NCBI GenBank assembly: GCA_963663765.2
Contig: CAXXUA010000013.1
Location: forward strand, 384,001 to 448,000
Length of the DNA: 64,000 nt
From: Candidatus Poribacteria bacterium
GTDB taxonomy: Bacteria > Poribacteria > WGA-4E > WGA-3G
Reading direction: 5' to 3'
The translations under genes and the position numbers were made by a program. This document shows, piece by piece, positions 50,695 to 60,418 of the stretch; the first letter of the stretch is position 1; every line of letters begins with the position of its first letter. Under the pieces are notes generated by a model that saw only the letters and a program-made list of their open reading frames with translations, had not been told where the DNA came from and searched no databases.

Positions 50695-51570
50695 TTAACT
50701 ACGGATTTGACGTTGACGAAAAAAACGGATTAACGGAATTACATAAGACTCATCTGTTTGTATTTGAATAAAATCAACTTTACTTGAACGAAACTCTTGC
50801 TGAAGATTAGCAGCTGTTTGCCTATTTCTTTCCGCATATAATTCTCTTGACTGTTCTAAACGTGTGTCTATGACTATTTTCTCACCTGTTTCAGAATCCT
50901 CTAATGCAACTAAACCAACATTAGGGAATTCTATCTCTCTGTGGTCCTTCAAAACAATAGCGATTAGTGAATGATGTTTAGACATGATACGAAGTCGCTT
51001 CTGAAATTCTGTATCCATAAAGTCCGATATCAGAAACACAACACTATGAGGTTTTAATACTTGGTCTGCAAACTTCAGTCCTATAGATATGTCTGTGCCA
51101 GAATTACTCGGTTGAAAACGGAGAATATCGCGTACTACCCGAAGTACATGTCTTTTGCCTTTACGAGGCTCAACATAGTGTTCGACTGTATCGGTAAAGC
51201 ATATTAGTCCAACTTTGTCATTGTTCTTTATTGCTGAAAATGCAAGTAATGCGGCAATTTCTGCTGCAATCTCAGATTTCTTTTCAGAAACGCTACCGAA
51301 CGCAGTGGAAGCACTCATGTCTACAAGCAACATCATCACCAATTCACGTTCCTCAACATACTTCTTGATATAAGCTTGTCCCATACGTGCGGTTACATTC
51401 CAATCAATTGTACGTATTTCATCTCCCGGTTGGTATTCCCGCACTTCATCAAATGTTATGCCTTGTCCCTTGAAAACACTCTCATATTCTCCTGCAAAAA
51501 CAGTGTTCACCAAGCGATTAGAAAATATATCTATCTGTCGTATCTTATCGAGTATTTCCGTTTCATCCAT
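50695..51570 (-). CDS. DUF58 (MoxR-associated vWA-like) protein
   Basis: G..FDEVREYQPGDEIRTIDWNVTAR, EERE, D.SAS, ISDF. Confidence 0.92.
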   Translation of the reverse strand: MDETEILDKIRQIDIFSNRLVNTVFAGEYESVFKGQGITFDEVREYQPGDEIRTIDWNVTARMGQAYIKKYVEERELVMMLLVDMSASTAFGSVSEKKSEIAAEIAALLAFSAIKNNDKVGLICFTDTVEHYVEPRKGKRHVLRVVRDILRFQPSNSGTDISIGLKFADQVLKPHSVVFLISDFMDTEFQKRLRIMSKHHSLIAIVLKDHREIEFPNVGLVALEDSETGEKIVIDTRLEQSRELYAERNRQTAANLQQEFRSSKVDFIQIQTDESYVIPLIRFFRQRQIRS

Positions 51571-51713
51571 AAACTTATCCAATAAAAGCAATCTATTATC
51601 CTGAATGAATTGTATAGAATAATACTATCAAAAAAACAGTGAGAAATCAACATCTTTATCACTGTAGGATATTTTTACATTACAATTGAATTTTAGAATA
51701 TAGTTGTATTACC

Positions 51714-51747
51714 AAAAAAGGACATCCATCTCAAGATAGATGTCCTT
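51714..51747 (-). terminator. Rho-independent terminator of the WD40 gene
   Basis: On the minus strand GGACATCTATC-TTGA-GATGGATGTCC followed by a T run, ~24 nt after the stop. Confidence 0.7.
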
Positions 51748-51770
51748 ATCAATGTATATGTATTGATATA

Positions 51771-52820
51771 CTATTTCCGTTTTAACCCACCCCAAAGAAC
51801 AGAAACTTTATCCTTAGGGGTGACACTGAAACCCACATTTCCAAGAGGCGTAACATCAAAAACGATTGACTTGTTTTGGTTAGGAGCGACGACAAGTGTT
51901 GTTCCATCAGTACTGAATTGTAGACCATGAATTCTTCCAAAACCTACTTGCATATTTTCTATGATGTCTTTGGTTTCTAAATCCCATAAAAAAACCATTC
52001 CATCTTCTGTTCCCGATGCAAGTAAACGTCCATCTGGGTTGAGAGCAAAACATCTAACATCATTACTATTCTCTTGGTCGGGTAAAGTATCCAGTTTCTC
52101 TCCATTTTCCGCATCCCATAATTGAATTCCTTCAGGACCACCAGCAATTATTGTATGATCATACTTCGAGAATACAACTGCATAGACATTTTCCATACCT
52201 GTCTCCAGTGTATGTAAGAGTTCACCAGTTTCGGTATTCCAAACACGTACAAATCCATCATCTAAACTTCCACTGGCGAGTAGTGTGTCATCAGAACTGA
52301 AGGCTGAATCATCAACCTTTCCTGATTCTAAGCCATGAATACGGTCCCAAGTATCTGTATTCCAAAGCATGACAGTTTCTTGCCAACTCCAATCTGAACT
52401 TGCAAGGACACTGCCTTTACGGTTGAACTCAAGGTCTCTAACAACCCACTTATGTTCATTAATTGTTTTTATGGATTTATTGGTCATAAGATCCCATACC
52501 ATAATGGTGCCTTCTTGATCACCACTCACAAGGAACTTTTCATTTTTGCTGAATGCAACAGATTCAATTCCCTTAGCATGTCCTTCAAGCACATGTAATT
52601 CTTCTCCTGTGGTCGCATCCCAAAGCCTAATAGTTTTGTCTAAACTTGCAGTTGCGACAGTAGTTCCATCTGGACTAATATCAATAGAGTAAGCTGCCCA
52701 GTTATGTCCAATTAGCTCTGCACGTTGTTCCATTTGTGCTTCCGAAACCATTATAACAATAGTGAAAATCAATAGAATTATCGAAATGAAATACTGAAAT
52801 TTATACATTTTATTCTCCAT
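51771..52820 (-). CDS. Secreted WD40-repeat protein with C-terminal VxPxxK…WG.LK motif
   Basis: Signal peptide, 7 WD repeats, tail SVTPKDKVSVLWGGLKRK. Confidence 0.88.
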   Translation of the reverse strand: MENKMYKFQYFISIILLIFTIVIMVSEAQMEQRAELIGHNWAAYSIDISPDGTTVATASLDKTIRLWDATTGEELHVLEGHAKGIESVAFSKNEKFLVSGDQEGTIMVWDLMTNKSIKTINEHKWVVRDLEFNRKGSVLASSDWSWQETVMLWNTDTWDRIHGLESGKVDDSAFSSDDTLLASGSLDDGFVRVWNTETGELLHTLETGMENVYAVVFSKYDHTIIAGGPEGIQLWDAENGEKLDTLPDQENSNDVRCFALNPDGRLLASGTEDGMVFLWDLETKDIIENMQVGFGRIHGLQFSTDGTTLVVAPNQNKSIVFDVTPLGNVGFSVTPKDKVSVLWGGLKRK

Positions 52821-53111
52821 GTGTGTTTTGTGTATATTTTAGTTGTGATTATTAACAACTGAATTTCTTGTTGTGTTTATTACATTGCTTTCTAATTACC
52901 AACTTTTACTTGTGCTCAATTAAAATCTATCATAATCTTCAAAAGCAATAGATATAACCAAATACATTGTTTATCACAATTCTCCTATTCAATAAAATTG
53001 AAATTTTATAAACATCTTTTATGTCTATATATCAATTTTACTATATATGACAATAATAGTCAAATATAAATCAGGTATTTTTGCTGTATTTAATAATACT
53101 TGCCTCATTAA

Positions 53112-53391
53112 CAATACCTTCGCCATTTTTGAGTGCTTCAGTTGAATGAGTATATAGTGTTGATCTACCATTGCTCTGTGATATTGTTAGGATTACATAA
53201 ATAAAAATAACTTCAGGTTTTCGTTGAAGTATTTTTAATTATCATAGCGTCTAATTTGACGATAGAATCTGACAGAATAATTTATATGCACAATCTGGAA
53301 GAATGTGCTACAACTACACGCACAATCTGGAAGAATGTGCTACAACTGACCACACAATCTGACAGAATGTCTATTATTGGCGAAGGTATTG
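53112..53391. mobile_element. 280-bp CAATACCTTCGCC-ended MITE with 32-bp repeats (compact copy)
   Basis: TIRs CAATACCTTCGCC / GGCGAAGGTATTG; TCATTAA duplicated at 53105-53111 and 53392-53398; first ~140 bp match 45894-46033. Confidence 0.88.
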
Positions 53392-53839
53392 TCATTAAGG
53401 AATTCCACTGCTATCACTGGTTGGAGGTCCTCTCTTCGGTAGGAGCGACGATAAGGTCAAATCAATGGTATGAAACATGAGGCATGCCAAATGCTCATGT
53501 TTCTTTAGGCATTCCCCGCATACTAAATCTCTGCATCTGATGAGACATATTTATTAAAAATGTAATTAGTCTTAGGGATTTACTCCAGAATGGGTATTTT
53601 TGTTAGGTTATATGCTGAATCGTAGAAGCTGCAGAAAACACTGAGTACACAGAAAGTATCTGAAATAATCAAATATTCAATCTGCGAATTCCGTGAAAGC
53701 TGTACAATCTACGATTCAGTCATTCAAGAATACCTGACAACGCAGCGTGTGACACACTGCGTGAACATACTATGCATTGAACCCAATTGTTAAAGGTAGG
53801 CTGAATTGGATTCTTCCGTTTGAATTGAAAGGGTAATTA

Positions 53840-55786
53840 TCAATTCCTAAACTTTTTTATATTAGATGTAACAATAATCTGAGAAGACTTTGTCTTGTTG
53901 CTATTGGATGTTGCTTGTACTCTGATTTCATGTTCACCGACGATTTTAGGTACAGATAAGATAACTTCTGAAGAAGTACCAGGTTTAAGGGATACGGATG
54001 TCTGACTTAATGACACTTTGGTTTGACCTGAAGCATTCAACTTAATAGTATCGTTTACATTACCTGTATTCGTGATTGTTAGAATATATTTGACATCAGA
54101 ATTTTGTCTAATTATCTCATCAGATAAGTCTGCTACACCAGAAATTGTGACACCAAAAATGGATTCAGAAGTCTTAGTGACATGAGGTAAGTTCGCAATT
54201 TCATTTGCACTCAAGACCCGATTGTATAAACGAACTTCGTCTATTAAACCTCGCCATGAAGTGTGATTGTCTTGAGTCCCCTTACTAATTACTAATCTAT
54301 CTGCACCAGATAACACACCTTGTTTAGAGGTGCTATTAAATGTTGGTTTGTCAAACACACCATTGATATAGAGTGCTAATTTTTGCCCACTGTTCCATGT
54401 CAAAGCAATGTGTTGCCAATCAGTTGTCTGAACGTTGTTAGCACTTTCATAAGTTTGTACACCCTTTGTGGTGTTTATTGCTGCCTTTATAGTGTTGATT
54501 CCACCGTCTTTAGTTCCTTGTGGATTGTAACGTAGAGAGAAAGATTGGTCTTTCTTGTTGGAACTTTTAGTAGAAATCACTCCTCTGTTTGTGCCGATTT
54601 CATCAGCTTTTACCCAAAGTGCAATTGTAAATGCATCTAATCCGTTGATGAGTTCTGCTCCATTTTCTACAGTTGCACCATGTTTCCATGTTGTTGCTAA
54701 TGCACCCCCGATTTTACCGGTATTAGGATGCAAGTTAACACCCTCTTTCAGCTTTGCATGGTGTTTGTTTACAACTCTATTGAATACATAGGGTCCTTTT
54801 GCTTCATCAAGTGTCCAATATCCAATCAGTCCATCTTGTGCAGCAGACTCATTATAGGATACGTTCAGAGTCATATAAGGTTCAACCTGATCTAAAGATA
54901 ACCATTTTCCATAAGAAGCACCACCCTTGACGTCAGCGGTAACAACTTTTAATCTGTTATTTTTTATCGGTTCACCAAAGTTAGTGAATTTTGCAATTTC
55001 ATTCTCAGCGGATAATATCTCAGCACTATGCAGAATTGATGCACCGTGCATAAATCTCGCTATCTTGAGTTTGTCTGGATCAGTAATTTCAAAAAAGATA
55101 TGCTGATTATGCGGGGGATATGCAATAGAGGAAGGTAGCATTCTTATCTGTGCTTCATTATCTGTTGGTAATGAGTCTCTATCAGGGTTGAAGTAGCGGT
55201 TAACGTCCAACCAATAGGACGCACCAATGGACATTCCTTTTAACCCACCGACACCGTGTGGTAATCCAAAAGCATGTCCAAGTTCATGAACAGTAACACC
55301 GACACCACAGCAACCACCTGCAGCAGGGATTAGGATTTTTTTGCCTGGGTATGCCAAACCACACGCGCTACCCGGAAGAACTTTTTTGCCATGGTCAACA
55401 TAGACTAATCGGACGGTCTTATTAGCTTTGTATAGGTTCTTGTCAATTTCTTTAAAGGATCTTGCAGGATTTTTTTGGTAGACAGCAGTTTCTTGTTTGC
55501 CAATGACATGATGCACTACTGTTTTACCTTCTTTATCTATTTCCAATTGAAAGGTTTTTCTCTCAAAACCCTGTCTCTCCATTTCGTTAGCGTAGAATTG
55601 TTGTGATTTCTTTACAATAGTATCTAACTTCTCATCAATGTCAGGTTGAGGTTGGCGATCATTTGGGTAAAAATAAAAGACTTTAACAATATACTCAGTT
55701 TGCTGGGGGTTAACTTCTTGTGCTTTACTTGGTAGGGATATGATAAGAAAAGCAAGTATAATCACCGCAAAATATTTGAATTTCAT
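53840..55786 (-). CDS. Secreted zincin + LamG-like jelly-roll + C-terminal Ig-like protein
   Basis: Signal peptide; HELGHAFGLPH; GLIGYWTLDE…FTIALWV…WQHIALTW…LYING…IDEVRLYNRVLS; ITNTGN. Confidence 0.82.
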   Translation of the reverse strand: MKFKYFAVIILAFLIISLPSKAQEVNPQQTEYIVKVFYFYPNDRQPQPDIDEKLDTIVKKSQQFYANEMERQGFERKTFQLEIDKEGKTVVHHVIGKQETAVYQKNPARSFKEIDKNLYKANKTVRLVYVDHGKKVLPGSACGLAYPGKKILIPAAGGCCGVGVTVHELGHAFGLPHGVGGLKGMSIGASYWLDVNRYFNPDRDSLPTDNEAQIRMLPSSIAYPPHNQHIFFEITDPDKLKIARFMHGASILHSAEILSAENEIAKFTNFGEPIKNNRLKVVTADVKGGASYGKWLSLDQVEPYMTLNVSYNESAAQDGLIGYWTLDEAKGPYVFNRVVNKHHAKLKEGVNLHPNTGKIGGALATTWKHGATVENGAELINGLDAFTIALWVKADEIGTNRGVISTKSSNKKDQSFSLRYNPQGTKDGGINTIKAAINTTKGVQTYESANNVQTTDWQHIALTWNSGQKLALYINGVFDKPTFNSTSKQGVLSGADRLVISKGTQDNHTSWRGLIDEVRLYNRVLSANEIANLPHVTKTSESIFGVTISGVADLSDEIIRQNSDVKYILTITNTGNVNDTIKLNASGQTKVSLSQTSVSLKPGTSSEVILSVPKIVGEHEIRVQATSNSNKTKSSQIIVTSNIKKFRN

Positions 55787-55838
55787 CTAAGTTCTCCTTA
55801 TATATGGTTGATTATGGAATTAATTTCACACTTGCACA

Positions 55839-55868
55839 GGTAGGAGCGACCGGGAGGTCGCTCCTACC
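55839..55868. repeat. REP palindrome GGTAGGAGCGACCGGGAGGTCGCTCCTACC
   Basis: Perfect hairpin with GTAG foot; family members at 21910, ~33577 and ~53438. Confidence 0.8.
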
Positions 55869-55974
55869 GAATGAAAGAATAAAATACTTATATAGCAACC
55901 AATTTGGTAAATTGTAGAAATGTAGACTTATTTTCAAAATTCACCATGTATCTGGACTTATGTTAAGTACACAC

Positions 55975-56790
55975 CTATAATTGCCAAAGTTGCAAAGCAG
56001 TTTTTCCTAAAACCCATTCTCTATCTTCTGGTGTGAAGAATTCCATTTCATCACGTACTACAGATAATGTTTGTGAATAAGTTGCACGACTCAGACAAAC
56101 CGGCCAGTCTGTACCCCACATTATACGTTTCCCTCCGAAAGTATGATAAACTTTTTTTACCTGTTCATGTGTGTCTTTCCAAGGATAACTCATTTTAGAT
56201 ATTGACCATGTATGACTAATCTTGACATAGACACGAGGGAACTGCGCAAGGCTCAGAAGCAACTGCAGTTTTTCTGGTTCGTCTGTTGGACAGTCCGCCA
56301 TGTGGTCAATCACGACATCAAGGTTAGGGTGTTTTTCTAACAAAGGTACAAGGTCAAATAATCGTTCTGGTTTTGTCAGAATTAGCATTGGTACACCGAG
56401 TGACTCAGCGCGGTTAAATATAGCTGGCATCAAGGGACCTTTAAACCAATCACCATCAACCCCGACAGAAGGACTTAGTCGTACTCCATGAAATCCGCGT
56501 TCTTCTGTCCAATGACTGAGATGATCTGGTGCAGCTGGGTCTTCTGGATTTATCCTACACACCCCCATGAATTTGTCTGGGTATCTTTTCATGACATCAG
56601 CAGCATAACTATTGTCCCAAAGATAATGTATGACTTGTACTAACACAGTTTTTTCAACGCCGTTTGCATCCATTAATTCCAGTAACATTTCTGGAGTTGC
56701 ATCTTCTTTGGGAGCTCTACGTTCCTCTCGTCCCCAAGGGAATTTAGGGTCTTTTTTCCACACATGCACATGTGGGTCAATAATTCTCAT
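55975..56790 (-). CDS. Amidohydrolase 2 family (L-fuconolactonase-like)
   Basis: IDPHVH, GVR, IDHMA, VKIS, MWGTDWP. Confidence 0.88.
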   Translation of the reverse strand: MRIIDPHVHVWKKDPKFPWGREERRAPKEDATPEMLLELMDANGVEKTVLVQVIHYLWDNSYAADVMKRYPDKFMGVCRINPEDPAAPDHLSHWTEERGFHGVRLSPSVGVDGDWFKGPLMPAIFNRAESLGVPMLILTKPERLFDLVPLLEKHPNLDVVIDHMADCPTDEPEKLQLLLSLAQFPRVYVKISHTWSISKMSYPWKDTHEQVKKVYHTFGGKRIMWGTDWPVCLSRATYSQTLSVVRDEMEFFTPEDREWVLGKTALQLWQL

Positions 56791-57780
56791 TTATTGTTCC
56801 TTTGGTTTATGTATGAAACCGTATATGCCTAATGGCAAACAGTAAAGTAGAATAAGGAGATGTAAACTGAATCCAGTGGTAATGGCAACCTGTTTAGTTG
56901 TTCCAAAATAGGTCAAGAATAATGCAAACGGAAATTCAGTTGTACCAAAGTTACCAACAGTTTGAATTGGGAATAGATTGAATCCGTTAGTAAATGCAAG
57001 AGCAAATAGCACTTCTGTCAACGGTATTTCAATCCCCATTTCGGAGACGAGATAACATTGAAATCCGAAACGGATTAGCAAACATAACAGTGAATATAAC
57101 CAAACTTTCAAAAACTGAAAATCTAAACGAAAAGCAGTGATTTGGTTTAGGATCAAGTGTAATTTGTTGACAACCCAAGTGAGTGATTTTTTGTCCAAAC
57201 GGAGTATCGGATCAGTACATTTTGTAAATATGGTATTGCATAACTTTGGTTTGATGCAAACAAACAAAAATGCACAGACCAACCCTATTCCTACAAGCAT
57301 AGGTGATAGGAAGATGACTGACCAAGTGAACTTACTACTCAGTTTCGGTAATAATAGTGATGCAGATACAACCATCAGAACAATTAGTAGGACTAAATCA
57401 ATGATGCTTGCAACTATGAGTGATGCAATTCCATGTGTTGCATCTACCTTCTGTCTGCTTTGCATGAGATAGACATAAGAAATGTCACCTGTCCGCATGG
57501 GAAGGAAATTCCCCCAAAAAGTATGCAAAGCAAGAATTGGTAAAATCCTATGCAAACCAACATCTAAACGAAGTATAGATCGGAACCGTAAAGATTTAGT
57601 CATTACCAATAGACAATAGCATCCAAAACTTATTATTACTGCATATATTGGTATACTGCTAATTGTTTCAGGTATTTTTTTAAGATCAATTTCATCTAAA
57701 AGAAAAAAAGTGATGACAACCGCTAAAACGGTGGGTACTACGATTCTGGCAAATTTCGTCACCTGCTTTATTTCTAACAT
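56791..57780 (-). CDS. Lysylphosphatidylglycerol synthase TM / flippase-like (UPF0104) membrane protein
   Basis: NFLPMRTGD, P…GNFGT.E, multiple TM segments. Confidence 0.8.
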   Translation of the reverse strand: MLEIKQVTKFARIVVPTVLAVVITFFLLDEIDLKKIPETISSIPIYAVIISFGCYCLLVMTKSLRFRSILRLDVGLHRILPILALHTFWGNFLPMRTGDISYVYLMQSRQKVDATHGIASLIVASIIDLVLLIVLMVVSASLLLPKLSSKFTWSVIFLSPMLVGIGLVCAFLFVCIKPKLCNTIFTKCTDPILRLDKKSLTWVVNKLHLILNQITAFRLDFQFLKVWLYSLLCLLIRFGFQCYLVSEMGIEIPLTEVLFALAFTNGFNLFPIQTVGNFGTTEFPFALFLTYFGTTKQVAITTGFSLHLLILLYCLPLGIYGFIHKPKEQ

Positions 57781-57952
57781 ATCCCTACCGTTTGTAGCAC
57801 AAAATGTTAGTTTGTGCATCTGTGGTACGAAAACTAACAGATGCTATACAAAGACTCCTAGGGAACTCACGTTATAATACTAAATCGTGTACAGCAATAT
57901 GACGGGGTGAAGAGACCCTATCATGATTTGATCGTTGGAAGTTGGTATGATT

Positions 57953-58690
57953 CTAAGAGATCCCATCCCAGTATTTCCACATGTCTTCAGGTGTTTCAAA
58001 CTTGATCTGGTCAAGGTCTTTCCTTCGGTATCTACCGATGAGTGCGATCCTGACGTTGCTGCCGCAATTTGGACCGGCAGTATGGCTCATCTGGTTGTGC
58101 CAGAAACAGACATCACCTGCTTCCCCAGTAAATTCATAAGCGGGACCCAAATCAAACGGTGCCGTACCGCCAGGAAGACTATCTAAGTCATGATGTTTGA
58201 AGTATTCTGCCCAGATAAGGTGACTACCTGGCCAGATAGTAAAACCACCCCCGTGTTTCTCAACAGTTTCAATATAAGTAGTTGCACCAAGGGTAAAAGA
58301 ACCTACGACCCCTTTCGGAACACCATTGGTTGGAGTATGGTATCCGTCCAGATGTCCTCTGGGTTCACGATATTCTCTATCGGGATCAGGGAAGTTGATA
58401 TGTGGACTTGCACCACCACCAGAATGTAGTTTTCCCTCACCGACCATTTCTTCTGCCATTTTGAAGACATTGTTGTCATATATCGTTCCACGGATTGCAG
58501 GATCACCCCCGATGGGTGCAGTTCGGTATCCTTTGCGAATCCATGAGTCAGGATCATTCCGGTCTTCGTCAATTGAATCCCAGACCTTATCCAATGCGTC
58601 ATCAATAGTATCTTGGTCAAGTGCGCCGCGCACCACCAAGTAACCGTTATCTTTGAAAAATTGCTTATCAGCATCTGTTAACAAAGGCAT
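57953..58690 (-). CDS. PhyH-family dioxygenase
   Basis: FFKDNGYLVV, HLD, GGFTIWPGSH, GDVCFWH…H. Confidence 0.85.
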   Translation of the reverse strand: MPLLTDADKQFFKDNGYLVVRGALDQDTIDDALDKVWDSIDEDRNDPDSWIRKGYRTAPIGGDPAIRGTIYDNNVFKMAEEMVGEGKLHSGGGASPHINFPDPDREYREPRGHLDGYHTPTNGVPKGVVGSFTLGATTYIETVEKHGGGFTIWPGSHLIWAEYFKHHDLDSLPGGTAPFDLGPAYEFTGEAGDVCFWHNQMSHTAGPNCGSNVRIALIGRYRRKDLDQIKFETPEDMWKYWDGIS

Positions 58691-58711
58691 AATTACATTC
58701 CTCTTTTTCAA

Positions 58712-59836
58712 TTAAACTTTGACTATAAAACCGTTCTCTTTAATAGCTTTTTGATAGGGTTCTTCATCTATCCTCAAACCAAAACCTGGAAGATTTGGGA
58801 TTTGCACGTATCCGTTAGAAATAGAATAACTGGAGTCATCAATTCCGGGTGTTGTTGCGTGATCCCATTCCACAAATTCAAATCTTTGTATTTCAGCAGC
58901 AAGGTGTCCGGTTACAAAATTACCGTAATAACCACCATAATGATGTGGTGCTGTGCCAACGTTTATTGCATCTAATTCGGGTCCCAACTCAAGCCATCTT
59001 GAGAAACCGGGATGGAAAATGTCGTATTGTACGATGTCAATGAATCCGTTCTTTGCCCAATTGATAAGATGTGGAGAGGCACCACCTTCACCATCAGCAA
59101 TTTTGGTTTTGATACCCTCTACGTTTAGCCATTCCTTTAATATACCGTAGACACGAGCATCTTCGTGGAATGCTTCTTCCATCCAATACACGTTTGCGTC
59201 TGCTGTGCCACTCAATACCTGTTTTGTAATGTTTAGATTATATCCGTTATTTGCGTCAATAAGTATTGTTGCATCAGTGCCGACTGCATCCCGTACAGCG
59301 TTGATGACATCAATGTCACGTTGTGTTCCCTTTTCAAGTGGCATGTGCATAGCACCACGTCCTACCTTGATCTTATATGCGTTGTGACCACGCGCTTTGC
59401 CTTCAAGTGCTTCAGTAGCGATGAGGACGGCAGCTTCTTCATTGTCCTCTATATGTAAGTCATCAATGTAGAGAGAGGTATCGTAGCATGGTGCTGTAAA
59501 TTCGCCATCTTCACCAGACAAAATTGCATATACAGGTTTTTGTTGCAGCTGACCGACTAAATCCCAAAGTGGATATTCCATGAAACGATATTCTTCATTA
59601 ACTCCATTTTCAGTATCAAACGCATCATTGAGATGAAAACCAACAATAGACTCTGCTCTGTCGCGGGAAATAGATGAAAACCCGATACCACATGCACCAT
59701 CGGAAGTTGTTAAACGTGCAATCGGAGGACGTACATGTAGTCCGTGTTCACCAAGGCGTGAGTTGCAGCCAGCTTTGCGAGGACGTTCACCTGTTAACCG
59801 TGCCCATTCAATACGTTCTATTATTACATTTTCCAA
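58712..59836 (-). CDS. Mandelate racemase/muconate lactonizing enzyme family (enolase superfamily)
   Basis: LWDL.G…PVY..L, KIKVG, DANN, WMEE, ADGE. Confidence 0.88.
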   Translation of the reverse strand: MENVIIERIEWARLTGERPRKAGCNSRLGEHGLHVRPPIARLTTSDGACGIGFSSISRDRAESIVGFHLNDAFDTENGVNEEYRFMEYPLWDLVGQLQQKPVYAILSGEDGEFTAPCYDTSLYIDDLHIEDNEEAAVLIATEALEGKARGHNAYKIKVGRGAMHMPLEKGTQRDIDVINAVRDAVGTDATILIDANNGYNLNITKQVLSGTADANVYWMEEAFHEDARVYGILKEWLNVEGIKTKIADGEGGASPHLINWAKNGFIDIVQYDIFHPGFSRWLELGPELDAINVGTAPHHYGGYYGNFVTGHLAAEIQRFEFVEWDHATTPGIDDSSYSISNGYVQIPNLPGFGLRIDEEPYQKAIKENGFIVKV

Positions 59837-59881
59837 ATTCGATCTCCTTCAAGAAATCCAGTCCTTATAGTTTATATTGAT

Positions 59882-60391
59882 TTATAATTGCGTTTGCAGT
59901 AAGGCATAACTTTTTGGATCTAATTTACTGTAGTTCTCAATTTCATATCGGTTACCATCAACATCTTTGATCAGTACACGATTATTCTCAAGTGAAACAA
60001 TATCGTATCTTGATCGCATGCCAAACTCTACATCACCCTGCGTTGTCTCTACATCCCACTGAGTAATTCCGAAATGACCATCAATTGAGTTGATTTTTGT
60101 GATTTTCGGCATAAAGTAACGCTTTTGTAGTTCTTCTAAAAGCACATCACGTGATTGAGGTATAAGTTTTCGGACATCTTCAACAATACCGATTTCATCT
60201 CCTTCGCTATCGACCAAGGATATATATCGCACCGGTTCTTTTATAGGAAAACTTCGTATAACATCAACCTTTGTGTGTGTTGTTCCATCCGAAAGTTGGA
60301 CAACAAGCTCTTCAAATGCGTTACGAGTGATACTGACTTCATTTGGGTTAAGGAATACTAATTCGTCAGTCACCTTAATTGGTTCATACAT
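59882..60391 (-). CDS. DUF1854 domain protein
   Basis: RSFPI…YISL…EIG…RYFMPKI…W.VET..G…DVDGNRY.I. Confidence 0.85.
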   Translation of the reverse strand: MYEPIKVTDELVFLNPNEVSITRNAFEELVVQLSDGTTHTKVDVIRSFPIKEPVRYISLVDSEGDEIGIVEDVRKLIPQSRDVLLEELQKRYFMPKITKINSIDGHFGITQWDVETTQGDVEFGMRSRYDIVSLENNRVLIKDVDGNRYEIENYSKLDPKSYALLQTQL

Positions 60392-60418
60392 TTCTTTTAT
60401 TTGTCTAACCTTATGTTT

